From Nitrosomonadales bacterium (lineage in GTDB: Bacteria; Pseudomonadota; Gammaproteobacteria; Burkholderiales; Gallionellaceae): DNA of 53,493 nt. Shown here one piece after another: positions 10,276 to 19,633 of this stretch; the stretch's first letter is position 1, and every line of letters begins with the position of its first letter. The translations under genes and the position numbers were made by a program. The notes beneath the pieces are model-generated. The model was not told the DNA's origin. It ran no database searches and saw only the letters and a list, made by a program, of their open reading frames with translations. Location: assembly GCA_016218445.1 (NCBI GenBank), contig JACREC010000084.1:1-53493 (forward strand), written 5' to 3'.

Positions 10276-10370
10276 GGTGGGTGTCGAGGTGGCAGCAGTC
10301 AATTCGTGGAGCTCCCGCGCCACGATATACCTTATCAAAATTAACCACTTCAATTCAAGAGTCTAAAAGT

Positions 10371-11651
10371 ATGAAGATAGCCGTTGTTGGTCTTGGATAT
10401 GTTGGATTGCCCTTGGCAGTTGAGTTCGGCAAAAAATATTCCACAGTCGGATTTGATCTTTCGGCAGAGAAAATCGCTGCATATCGTAACTTCGTTGACC
10501 CGACCGGTGAAGTCGGTTCGGAAGACTTTCGTGCCGCAACTCAACTGAGCTGCCACACCGACCCTCAGGTATTGCACGATGTGGACTTCATTATCGTGGC
10601 GGTACCTACCCCGGTTGATAATGCTCATCAGCCAGACTTTACTCCGCTGATCAAAAGCTCAGAAAGCGTAGGCAAGCACATCAAGCGCGGCGCGATTGTC
10701 GTTTATGAATCCACCGTCTATCCAGGCGCGACCGAAGAGGTGTGTATTCCGCTAATCGAAAAACACTCCGGACTAAAGTGGAAAAAAGATTTCTTTGTCG
10801 GTTATAGCCCTGAGCGCATTAACCCTGGTGATAAAGAGCGTACCGTCACCAAGATCGTCAAGGTGGTATCCGGCGACACCCCGGAAACACTGAAAACAGT
10901 CGCCGAGGTCTATGGTTCTATTATTACCGCAGGCGTGTATCCCGCCAGCAGCATCAAAGTCGCCGAAGCAGCCAAGGTCATCGAAAACACTCAACGCGAT
11001 TTGAACATCGCCTTGATGAACGAGCTGGCCATCATCTTTGACAAGATCGGTATCGACACGCTGGAAGTATTGAAAGCAGCGGGCACCAAGTGGAACTTTT
11101 TGCCTTTCCGTCCGGGCTTGGTTGGCGGACATTGCATCGGCGTTGACCCGTACTACTTGACCCACAAAGCTGACATGCTGGGTTATCACCCTCAAGTTAT
11201 TTTGGCGGGGCGTCGCATCAATGACGGCATGGCGGCCTACGTGGCCCAGCAAACGGTGAAGAAGATCATTCAGGCCGGCGGTGCGGTTAAAGGCTCCAAG
11301 GTTATCGTACTCGGCCTCACTTTCAAGGAAAACTGCCCCGACCTGCGCAACAGCAAAGTTGCCGATGTTGTGAAAGAGCTGCAGGAATTTGGCTGCGAGG
11401 TCAGCGTGCATGATCCGTTGGCCGAACCCAAAGAAGCCGTGCATGAATATGGCATCACATTGACTGAATGGAGTGCACTGCCAGATCAGGCGGACGCCAT
11501 TGTCGCAGCGGTTTCGCACACCGAATACACCGGCCAGCCCGTTACACTATTGCTGGCAAAATTGAAACCGGGCGGCGTGTTCATCGACATAAAATCAGCC
11601 TATCCGCAAGCAGTGATTGAGGCAGCAGGATACAAGCTGTGGCGGCTGTAA
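10371..11651 (+). CDS. wbpO: UDP-N-acetyl-D-glucosamine 6-dehydrogenase (WbpO/TviB type nucleotide-sugar dehydrogenase)
   Basis: [22 protein letters not shown] Rossmann motif and the [12 protein letters not shown] catalytic Cys motif. It sits directly upstream of a WbpP homologue. Confidence 0.88.
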   Translation: MKIAVVGLGYVGLPLAVEFGKKYSTVGFDLSAEKIAAYRNFVDPTGEVGSEDFRAATQLSCHTDPQVLHDVDFIIVAVPTPVDNAHQPDFTPLIKSSESVGKHIKRGAIVVYESTVYPGATEEVCIPLIEKHSGLKWKKDFFVGYSPERINPGDKERTVTKIVKVVSGDTPETLKTVAEVYGSIITAGVYPASSIKVAEAAKVIENTQRDLNIALMNELAIIFDKIGIDTLEVLKAAGTKWNFLPFRPGLVGGHCIGVDPYYLTHKADMLGYHPQVILAGRRINDGMAAYVAQQTVKKIIQAGGAVKGSKVIVLGLTFKENCPDLRNSKVADVVKELQEFGCEVSVHDPLAEPKEAVHEYGITLTEWSALPDQADAIVAAVSHTEYTGQPVTLLLAKLKPGGVFIDIKSAYPQAVIEAAGYKLWRL

Positions 11652-11653
11652 CG

Positions 11654-12751
11654 ATGGCTGATTCCTACACTCAACTCAAAACACGTCTTGCCGCTGAGCC
11701 GCATACCTGGCTCATCACCGGAGTGGCCGGTTTCATCGGCAGCAACCTGCTCGAAACGCTGCTCAAGCTTAACCAAAGAGTAGTAGGACTGGATAATTTT
11801 GCGACCGGGCACCAGCGCAACTTGGACGAAGTTCAAACATTGGTCACCCAAGAACAATGGGCCAACTTCCTTTTTGTTAAGGGCGATATCCGCAACCTCG
11901 ACGACTGCCGCCGTGGCATGCAATTTAATCCCCCTCTCCCTTCGGGGGAGGGCGGGGGAGGGGGTAAATCCTTTCCCGTCGAATACGTCCTTCACCAGGC
12001 TGCCCTGGGCTCTGTTCCGCGCTCGGTCGAAAACCCCATCGCCACCAACGAAACCAACATCAGCGGTTTTCTCAACATGCTGGTCGCCGCACGCGATACC
12101 AGGGTCAAACGCTTCGTCTATGCCGCCTCCAGCTCCACCTATGGCGACCATCCGGGCTTGCCAAAAGTAGAGGACAAGATCGGCAAGCCGCTGTCTCCTT
12201 ACGCCGTCACCAAATACGTCAACGAACTGTATGCTGACGTATTCGCCCGCACCTATGGTTTCAACACCATCGGCCTGCGCTACTTCAACGTTTTCGGTCC
12301 GCGCCAGGATCCCAATGGCGCCTATGCTGCCGTGATCCCCAAGTGGATCGCCAGCATGATCAAAGGCGAGCCGGTATATATCAACGGCGACGGCGAAACC
12401 AGCCGTGACTTCTGCTTCATCGATAACGTGCGGCAGATCAACCTGCTTGCTGCTACCACCGAAAATCCGGAGGCGGTCAATCAGGTCTATAACGTGGCCG
12501 TGGGTGACCGCACCACGCTCAACCAACTGTACGAACAATTACATCTCAATTTGTTGTCACGCTATCCGCATCTGAAGAACGCTAAGCCTGTATATCGAGA
12601 TTTTCGTGCAGGTGACGTGCGCCATTCGCTTGCCGACATCAGCAAAGCGGCCACTCTATTGGGCTATCAACCCACCCACAGAATTGGAGAGGGGCTGAAG
12701 GTGGCGATGGGGTGGTATGTACAACACTTAACGCAACAAGACAAAGCGTGA
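11654..12751 (+). CDS. wbpP: UDP-GlcNAc(A) C4-epimerase, WbpP/TviC type (with an in-frame 51 nt repeat insertion)
   Basis: [78 protein letters not shown] and [14 protein letters not shown] closely match the P. aeruginosa WbpP sequence as I recall it. Confidence 0.92.
   Translation: MADSYTQLKTRLAAEPHTWLITGVAGFIGSNLLETLLKLNQRVVGLDNFATGHQRNLDEVQTLVTQEQWANFLFVKGDIRNLDDCRRGMQFNPPLPSGEGGGGGKSFPVEYVLHQAALGSVPRSVENPIATNETNISGFLNMLVAARDTRVKRFVYAASSSTYGDHPGLPKVEDKIGKPLSPYAVTKYVNELYADVFARTYGFNTIGLRYFNVFGPRQDPNGAYAAVIPKWIASMIKGEPVYINGDGETSRDFCFIDNVRQINLLAATTENPEAVNQVYNVAVGDRTTLNQLYEQLHLNLLSRYPHLKNAKPVYRDFRAGDVRHSLADISKAATLLGYQPTHRIGEGLKVAMGWYVQHLTQQDKA
11930..11965. repeat. family-A palindromic element inside wbpP
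   Basis: ccccctctccc-ttcg-ggggaggg-cgggggaggggg is translated as [12 protein letters not shown]. Confidence 0.85.
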
Positions 12752-12794
12752 ATCTCACCCAAACCAAACTAACCGGCGCGTGCTCCGCCCACAC

Positions 12795-14165
12795 ATGAAT
12801 GTGTTCGGTGCAATTCGCGCTCGCTTTCACAATGCGCATCCCGATCATCACGCCATTGCGAAAGGTATGGCGTGGGTAATTCTGTTCGTTTTTCTTGGCA
12901 AACTTGCAGGGGCAGCCAAGGAGATGGCGATTGCGTACCGCTATGGCGTCAGCGAAGAGGTAGATGCTTATCTTTTTGTCTTCAATCTGGTGAGTTGGCC
13001 GGTTGGCGTCTGGTTTAGCGTGCTCACTGTTGTGCTGGTGCCGTTGGCGGCTCGTATCCGGCACGACACATCGGTGGATATTCCACGCTTCCGGGCAGAG
13101 CTTCTCGGCCTTACCCTCCTGCTCGGGATGGGTCTGATGCTTTTCGCATGGATGGGGTTGCCGTTGCTGCTGCGTTCCCCGTGGACGGGGCTGCCACCGG
13201 CCTCTGTGATCATCGCCACCAATATGGTGCCGGTCCTGGCCCTGTTGGCACCCTTGGGTGTGCTCATCAGTCTCTTTTCCGCTTGGATGCTGTCTGCTGG
13301 CCGGCATGCCAACACCCTATTGGAAAGTGTTCCGGCCTTAGTGCTGCTGGTAGCCATCCTTTCATTTCCCAGTGGCGGTGCGGAGCCGCTGGTGTGGGGC
13401 ACCGTAGCGGGCTTCGCTTTTCATCTAGTCAGTATTGCCGTCCCTTTGGCACGGCGTGACGAGATTGAAGCGCCGTGCTTTACCCGCCAATCGCCCCAAT
13501 GGCCTGCGTTCTGGCAGGGTTTTGGCATCATGCTGGTCGGCCAGGCGCTGATGAGTTTCATCGGCATTATCGACCAATTTTTTGCCGCCCACTTGGGTAC
13601 GGGGGCCATAGCTACGCTCAGTTTCGCTAACCGAATTTTGGCGTTGATTCTTGGTCTGGGCGCCACAGCGGTGGCTCGGGCCACGCTACCGGTTTTCTCC
13701 CAAGCTCAAGCGCAGAGTGGAGGGCAACTGCATCTGCATCGTGTTGCCGCTCATTGGGTACGTCTCCTGTTAGTGTTTGGCGTGGCCGCAATGATTGTTG
13801 GCTGGTGGCTGGCACCTTGGGCAGTGAAGCTGCTCTTTGAACGCGGCGCATTCTTAGTCAGGGATACAGAAGCCGTAACGGAAGTCTTGCGCTACGGGCT
13901 GGCGCAGTTGCCGTTTTATTTTGTGGGAATATTGTTTGTATCCTTATTGACCAGTCAGTCACGCTATGGAATCGTGATGATTATAGGAATGATAAATTTA
14001 ATCGTGAAGGTTGTTGCTAATTTCCTGTTGGTGGAGCGCATCGGAGTAAACGGGATTATGTTGGCCACGTCTGTTATGTTGATTGTTTCAACATTGTTGT
14101 TAGGGACGGTGCTGTATTTCGACCTAAACAAAGATGAAAAAAATGAAAATAGTAAATCTGCTTAA
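12795..14165 (+). CDS. MurJ/MviN-like (MOP superfamily) polysaccharide flippase
   Basis: Polytopic membrane protein. AKEMAIAYRYGVSEEVDAYLFVFNL resembles the MurJ N-terminal motif. It occupies the position of the flippase in the O6-type wbp cluster. The start is uncertain (GTG 12780 or ATG 12795). Confidence 0.8.
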   Translation: MNVFGAIRARFHNAHPDHHAIAKGMAWVILFVFLGKLAGAAKEMAIAYRYGVSEEVDAYLFVFNLVSWPVGVWFSVLTVVLVPLAARIRHDTSVDIPRFRAELLGLTLLLGMGLMLFAWMGLPLLLRSPWTGLPPASVIIATNMVPVLALLAPLGVLISLFSAWMLSAGRHANTLLESVPALVLLVAILSFPSGGAEPLVWGTVAGFAFHLVSIAVPLARRDEIEAPCFTRQSPQWPAFWQGFGIMLVGQALMSFIGIIDQFFAAHLGTGAIATLSFANRILALILGLGATAVARATLPVFSQAQAQSGGQLHLHRVAAHWVRLLLVFGVAAMIVGWWLAPWAVKLLFERGAFLVRDTEAVTEVLRYGLAQLPFYFVGILFVSLLTSQSRYGIVMIIGMINLIVKVVANFLLVERIGVNGIMLATSVMLIVSTLLLGTVLYFDLNKDEKNENSKSA

Positions 14166-14907
14166 ATACATCCCGATTTTGATTGGCATAAAACGCGACA
14201 GAGATCTAGCATTCAACCTTGTGGTAAAGCTGGCTGGGCGTATATTGCCAGAATACCGGTTTACTTGGCCGCACTTGGCATGGTGGAAGGATGCCAATTT
14301 CAATGAATATTTGCACCGGTTCGATGAGGATGCAGGGTTTAATACCCATCGTCGTTGGGTGCTTAATCAATTGATAAGGCTGACTGCCAACGTTCAGGGA
14401 GATACCGCAGAATGTGGCGTGTATAAGGGATGTAGCAGTTATGCAATATTGAAAAGCAACACTCGCTCTGCAATTCCACGGTGGCACCATATTTTTGACT
14501 CCTTTGAGGGGCTCAGTTCACCCTCGAGCAAGGATAGCGAATACTGGGCGCGTGGTGATCTGTCAGTTGGTGAAGGAATGGTTAAACAGAATCTGGCAGA
14601 GTTCGACGACAGGCTAACCTTGTACAAAGGCTGGATCCCAAACAGGTTTGATGAGGTAAGTAAGCTGCGATTTTCATTTGTTCACGTTGATGTGGACTTG
14701 TATCAACCTACATCAGATAGCATCACGTTTTTCTATGATCGCCTTTCAGACGGAGGCATATTTTTATGTGATGACTACGGATTTGATACGTGCACGGGTG
14801 CAACAGCTGCAATAGATGAATTTCTTCAATCTAAACCAGAAAAAATGCTCGCATTGCCTGATGGGGGCGGATTTTTTATAAAGAGTTGCACTACTGCGGG
14901 TAAGTAG
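14134..14907 (+). CDS. TylF/MycF-family (macrocin-type) sugar O-methyltransferase
   Basis: GDTAECGVYKGCSSYAIL, SFVHVDVDLYQPTSDSITFFYDRLSDGGIFLCDDYG and the metal/SAM-binding DxD...DDY pattern are typical of the TylF family. Confidence 0.8.
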   Translation: MKKMKIVNLLKYIPILIGIKRDRDLAFNLVVKLAGRILPEYRFTWPHLAWWKDANFNEYLHRFDEDAGFNTHRRWVLNQLIRLTANVQGDTAECGVYKGCSSYAILKSNTRSAIPRWHHIFDSFEGLSSPSSKDSEYWARGDLSVGEGMVKQNLAEFDDRLTLYKGWIPNRFDEVSKLRFSFVHVDVDLYQPTSDSITFFYDRLSDGGIFLCDDYGFDTCTGATAAIDEFLQSKPEKMLALPDGGGFFIKSCTTAGK

Positions 14908-14909
14908 AA

Positions 14910-15596
14910 ATGGATCAAACGAAAATATGGGACTACTTCCAGAACGAAGAGGCAACTGGCGATGCCTTCGCGGGTGCGTGGACGCGTTATGAATTTCTTT
15001 CTCGACATATAAAGCCGGGAATGAGCGTGCTAAATATTGGCGTAGGACGTGGGGGATTAGAGGCTATCCTGCTTCAGCAAGGCGCTGTTGTAAGCTGCCT
15101 AGACCCGAGTGAAAAATCTATTGAGAATCTTCGCAAGCTATTTGGGCTTGATGATCGTGCACGGGTGGGTTTTTCCCAAGCAATGCCATTTACTGATGGA
15201 CAATTTGATGCCGTAATAATGTCGGAGGTGCTCGAACACCTGAATGATGAAATGCTGCGTGCAACTTTAAGTGAGGTTTCAAGAGTGCTTAAATCCGGAG
15301 GCCGCTTTATTGGTACGGTGCCCGCAGATGAAACTCTGCTGGATAATCAAGTCGTGTGTCCACATTGCGGAGAGCCATTTCATCGGTGGGGGCACATTCA
15401 GACATTTAGTAGGAGTCGATTATCCCAAATGCTGGGGAGCTGTTTTAACAAGGTGATGCTATCCCGTCATTTCTTCGGGGATGCTCGGACACTCAATTGG
15501 AAAGGGCGCATTGTTTTAATTATCAAGAAAGTAATGGTTGGACTGGGAATAAAAGGCAGTGGAGAGACCTATTTTTTCTCCGCGCGTAATAAGTGA
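14910..15596 (+). CDS. class I SAM-dependent methyltransferase
   Basis: VLNIGVGRGG (motif I), DAVIMSEVLEHL and LKSGGRFIGTVP, plus a CPHCGEPFHRWGH zinc-knuckle-like insert. Confidence 0.8.
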   Translation: MDQTKIWDYFQNEEATGDAFAGAWTRYEFLSRHIKPGMSVLNIGVGRGGLEAILLQQGAVVSCLDPSEKSIENLRKLFGLDDRARVGFSQAMPFTDGQFDAVIMSEVLEHLNDEMLRATLSEVSRVLKSGGRFIGTVPADETLLDNQVVCPHCGEPFHRWGHIQTFSRSRLSQMLGSCFNKVMLSRHFFGDARTLNWKGRIVLIIKKVMVGLGIKGSGETYFFSARNK

Positions 15597-16708
15597 AACT
15601 CCTCATCTTTATTTCATCTCTTGCCAGTGGCGGTGCAGAGCGCGTAACAGCTAATCTTGCTAATTACTGGGCAGAGAAGGGCTGGGATGTGACTATTGTC
15701 ACGTTGGCATCGCAGAGAGATGATTTTTACGAATTGAGCCCGGCGGTCAAACGCATCGCGTTGGAGTTAGACAGTGAAAGCAAAAATGTATTAGTTGGGC
15801 TGACGCAAAATATTCGCCGGATATTCGCCTTACGGCGCGTGTTGCGCCAAACTCAGCCTGACATTGCTTTGGCAATGATGACTGGTGCAAACATATTGCT
15901 GGCTTTTGCTTCGATGGGGCTGACACAAACACGTACAGTCGGTTCAGAGCGTACCTATCCGCCACAATGCCCTTTAGGTGTCGTGTGGGAGTGGCTGCGT
16001 AGTAAGAGTTATGGTCACTTGGACGCGGTAGTTGCGCAGACAAATGAGGGTGCCCTATGGCTCAAGATACACACCACCGCGAAGCGAGTGGCGGCAATTC
16101 ATAATCCGGTCAGATGGCCGTTAACAAACCAGTTGCCGCATGTTGATGTCAAAAATGTCTGCCGTACGGGTAGAAACCTGCTGCTAGCCATAGGTCGATT
16201 GTCTAGTGAAAAGCAGTTTTGCTTGTTGATAGACAATTTTCATTCTCTTACCAATCGCTATTCTGACTGGGACATGGTGATCCTTGGCGAGGGGCCTTTG
16301 CGTTCGGAGTTGGAGGCTCAAGTGCGAGAAGCTGGCTTGGGGAATCGGATATTTCTTCCAGGCAGGGCGGGCAATGTAGGCGATTGGTATGAGCGCGCCA
16401 ATCTTTACGTATTGAGTTCACATTTTGAGGGGTTCCCTAATACGCTACTTGAGGCAATGTCATACGGCCTTCCCGTAGTGAGCTTCGATTGCGACACCGG
16501 ACCGCGGGACATCATTCGGCATGATGTGGACGGTTCGCTTGTAGCGGCTCAAGATAAAGAAGGTTTGACAGCTGCGCTTGACCTGTTGATGAGTAATTCA
16601 ACTATGCGGAAGAGATATGCAGAACGTGCAGTAGAAGTGCGAGAGCGATTTGCTATCCAACGTGTAGCAGACAAATGGGAAGAGGTTTTTATGGAGGTAA
16701 GGAAATGA
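15593..16708 (+). CDS. glycosyltransferase family 4 (GT-B)
   Basis: MKLLIFISSLASGGAERV N-terminus and the C-terminal EGFPNTLLEAMSYGLPVVSFD E(x7)E motif. Confidence 0.85.
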   Translation: MKLLIFISSLASGGAERVTANLANYWAEKGWDVTIVTLASQRDDFYELSPAVKRIALELDSESKNVLVGLTQNIRRIFALRRVLRQTQPDIALAMMTGANILLAFASMGLTQTRTVGSERTYPPQCPLGVVWEWLRSKSYGHLDAVVAQTNEGALWLKIHTTAKRVAAIHNPVRWPLTNQLPHVDVKNVCRTGRNLLLAIGRLSSEKQFCLLIDNFHSLTNRYSDWDMVILGEGPLRSELEAQVREAGLGNRIFLPGRAGNVGDWYERANLYVLSSHFEGFPNTLLEAMSYGLPVVSFDCDTGPRDIIRHDVDGSLVAAQDKEGLTAALDLLMSNSTMRKRYAERAVEVRERFAIQRVADKWEEVFMEVRK

Positions 16709-17541
16709 CCGGACATGCAGCGGAAATCTCAAAAAGCGAACGATTTGAGTTCGGTGCAAACTGGACTCGCTTCTTGTCTGTTCTGGACGAAGAACGTATT
16801 GAGCAAGCTAAAAAATCTTTGAAGCAGATGCTGGGTGTGGAGGATATGGAGGGAAAGTCTTTCATTGATGTGGGTTCAGGCAGTGGACTCTTTTCGCTGG
16901 CGGCAAGAATGCTTGGGGCCAAGGTGCATTCATTTGATTACGACCCGAAGTCGGTTGCTTGCACAAAAGAATTACGCCACCGCTATTTTTCTGATGATCC
17001 AAACTGGAAAGTGGAGGAGGGATCGGTTCTTGATAAGGATTATCTAAACGGGTTGGGCCAGTTCGATATCGTCTACAGTTGGGGAGTCCTGCACCATACC
17101 GGACAAATGTGGCAGGCGCTGGCTAACGTGACTCCATTGGTAGCTAAAGGGGGCAAGTTGTTCATTGCCATTTATAACGACCAGGGTGGAACAAGCCGTC
17201 GCTGGATAATAGTAAAAAAAATCTATTGTTCCGGTTGGCTAGGGCGCTTCATGATGAAGTTGTTGTTTTATCCTTATTTCGCATTGGGACGTGCCGTGGC
17301 TGATGTATTGAAACGACGCAATCCGTTTACCAGCTATGGCGAATACAAGAAATCCAGAGGCATGTCGGTAATTCACGATTGGGTGGATTGGCTTGGTGGA
17401 TACCCCTTCGAAGTGGCAAAGCCTGAGGAAATTTTTGATTTCTTTCATGCGAATGGATTTACATTGTTGCGTCTTAAGACCTGTGCCGGCGGGCTGGGGT
17501 GCAACGAGTTTGTATTCGTAAATAAGGCGTCTGAAGGGTAG
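16705..17541 (+). CDS. class I SAM-dependent methyltransferase (paralogue of 18763..19608)
   Basis: ATG at 16705 preceded by GGAGG and overlapping the upstream stop (ATGA). Motifs FEFGANWTRF, IDVGSGSGLFS and SWGVLHHT, with a hydrophobic C-terminal part. Confidence 0.8.
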   Translation: MTGHAAEISKSERFEFGANWTRFLSVLDEERIEQAKKSLKQMLGVEDMEGKSFIDVGSGSGLFSLAARMLGAKVHSFDYDPKSVACTKELRHRYFSDDPNWKVEEGSVLDKDYLNGLGQFDIVYSWGVLHHTGQMWQALANVTPLVAKGGKLFIAIYNDQGGTSRRWIIVKKIYCSGWLGRFMMKLLFYPYFALGRAVADVLKRRNPFTSYGEYKKSRGMSVIHDWVDWLGGYPFEVAKPEEIFDFFHANGFTLLRLKTCAGGLGCNEFVFVNKASEG

Positions 17542-17546
17542 CCGTC

Positions 17547-18770
17547 TTGGCAACCACAATCCTCTATGTCATAGGGAACCTTGATGTCGGGGGAGCGGAA
17601 CGGCATCTGGTTCAAGTTTTGCCCAGATTGGCCGAACGTCTGGAGTGCAGGCCAGTTATTTACACTATTTCTTATAAGGGCAAGCTGGCTCCTGTGCTGG
17701 AGCGTGCAGGCATACAAGTAATCGAGCCATTTTGTGCGACGACCTTGCGCAACTTGCCGGCCGCGTTGGCAAAATCCATCGTATTAGTTTCATCAGTCAA
17801 TACTTTTTGTTTCCTGCTGCTTCGGCTCCGACCCGCAATTGTGCATTTCTTTTTGCCGGAGGCTTATCTGCTGGGCGGAATCTGCAGCCTCGTGTTTGGC
17901 AACCGTATTCGTATCGTGAGCCGGCGCAGCCTGAACTGCTATCAGCTTAAACACCCGTTTTTCGCACGGGTTGAGCGCTGGTTGCACCCACGCATGAACG
18001 CGGTGCTGGGCAATTCGAAGGCTGTCATCAAGGAGCTGCGAGAGGAGGGAGTGAAAGAAGATCGGTTGGGTTTGCTTTATAACGGCATCGATCATGCGCT
18101 TTTTAACGATCTGCCTGCGCGTAGTTCAGTGCGGCAAAACCTTGGCATCAATGAACGAGTCTTATTGATGGTTTGCGTGGCCAACCTGATTCCCTATAAA
18201 GGCCATGCGGACCTGATTCATGCTTTGGGAGGAATACGCGCGGAATTGCCGGATGATTGGGCTATTGCCATGGTCGGCTTGGACTCAGGTTTAGGCGCTG
18301 AATTGCGAGCGATGGCGAAGAGGCAGGGAGTGGCAAAGCATATTCTCTGGCTGGGAGAGCGCAGTGATGTAATCTCAATTTATGCCGCGTCGGAGATCGG
18401 CGTGTTGTGTTCTCATCAAGAGGGCTTTTCCAATAGTGTGTTGGAGGGAATGGCTGCAGGGGCCGCGATGGTTGTAACCGATGTCGGAGGCAACGCCGAG
18501 GCGGTACTGAACGGAGAGTGTGGGCTGGTGGTGCCGGCTCACGATCCATCAGCTTTGGGAAGGGCTATCCTGACCTTGGTCAGGGACAGTGACATGAGGC
18601 GGCGCATTGCATGTGCCGGGCAGCTGCGTGTGGCAGAAAAATTCTCCCTGGATAGCTGTGTCATTCAGTATGCAGGGTTATATCGGGCATTGTTGAGTGA
18701 TCCAGGTTGCGTGGTCCAGGAAGCAATAGATGCCGCCAGTGATGGTAATGAGGTTTCAACAAATGAATAA
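17547..18770 (+). CDS. glycosyltransferase family 4 (GT-B)
   Basis: TTG start. ILYVIGNLDVGGAERH N-terminus and the QEGFSNSVLEGMAAGAAMVVTDVGGNAE E(x7)E motif. Confidence 0.85.
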   Translation: MATTILYVIGNLDVGGAERHLVQVLPRLAERLECRPVIYTISYKGKLAPVLERAGIQVIEPFCATTLRNLPAALAKSIVLVSSVNTFCFLLLRLRPAIVHFFLPEAYLLGGICSLVFGNRIRIVSRRSLNCYQLKHPFFARVERWLHPRMNAVLGNSKAVIKELREEGVKEDRLGLLYNGIDHALFNDLPARSSVRQNLGINERVLLMVCVANLIPYKGHADLIHALGGIRAELPDDWAIAMVGLDSGLGAELRAMAKRQGVAKHILWLGERSDVISIYAASEIGVLCSHQEGFSNSVLEGMAAGAAMVVTDVGGNAEAVLNGECGLVVPAHDPSALGRAILTLVRDSDMRRRIACAGQLRVAEKFSLDSCVIQYAGLYRALLSDPGCVVQEAIDAASDGNEVSTNE

Positions 18771-19608
18771 ATCGCCAATTAATATTGATACCAAAATCGT
18801 GGAAGGTTTTGGCGATGAGTGGACTCGCTTCGACCAATCCGGCATGACGGACGAAGATACAAGGCGACTGTTTGAGGGCTATTTCTCAATTTTCCCATGG
18901 GGTGATTTGCCCAAGAATGCGGTGGGATTTGATCTTGGTTGTGGCAGCGGTCGTTGGGCCAAGTTGGTGGCGTTGCGTGTGGGAAAGCTGCACTGTATAG
19001 ATCCGAGTGTCGCCATAGAGGTGGCGCGGAAGAATCTCCGTACACTAAAAAATTGTGAATTTCATCAGGCCGCAGTCGATGAGATGCCCATCAGTAACGA
19101 ATCCATGGATTTTGGTTACAGCCTGGGTGTGCTGCACCATATACCGGATACCCGCGCGGCACTGACTGCCTGCGTTTCCAAGCTTAAACCGGGGGCGCCA
19201 TTTTTGGTGTATTTATATTATGCGTTTGACAACCGGCCATTTTGGTTTCGGGTGGTCTGGAAAATGAGCGAATGGGTGCGTCAAGTGGTGTCCAAAATGC
19301 CTCACGGACTGCGTTATTTGTTAAGCCAAGTGATAGCTGTTTTTGCTTATTGGCCGTTGGCGAGACTGGCAAGATTCCTTGAAAAAATGGGTGTCAATGT
19401 TGAGAACTTTCCTTTGGCGTTCTATAGAAATTTGGGATTTTATGTAATGAGAACCGATGCGTTGGATCGGTTCGGAACGCGTCTGGAGCAGCGATTTACC
19501 AAAGCAGAAATAGAACAAATGATGGTCGCTGCAGGCTTGGTAAACATCAGGTTTAGCGAAGAAGCACCGTTTTGGTGTGCGGTAGGTTTTAAAAAGTTAA
19601 TTAGCTGA
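18763..19608 (+). CDS. class I SAM-dependent methyltransferase (paralogue of 16705..17541)
   Basis: GFGDEWTRF, FDLGCGSGRW, SLGVLHHIPD and LKPGAPFLVYLY. The ATG at 18763 overlaps the GT4 stop. Confidence 0.8.
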   Translation: MNKSPINIDTKIVEGFGDEWTRFDQSGMTDEDTRRLFEGYFSIFPWGDLPKNAVGFDLGCGSGRWAKLVALRVGKLHCIDPSVAIEVARKNLRTLKNCEFHQAAVDEMPISNESMDFGYSLGVLHHIPDTRAALTACVSKLKPGAPFLVYLYYAFDNRPFWFRVVWKMSEWVRQVVSKMPHGLRYLLSQVIAVFAYWPLARLARFLEKMGVNVENFPLAFYRNLGFYVMRTDALDRFGTRLEQRFTKAEIEQMMVAAGLVNIRFSEEAPFWCAVGFKKLIS

Positions 19609-19633
19609 TGTTGATAGTCAACGGGGACAGATA

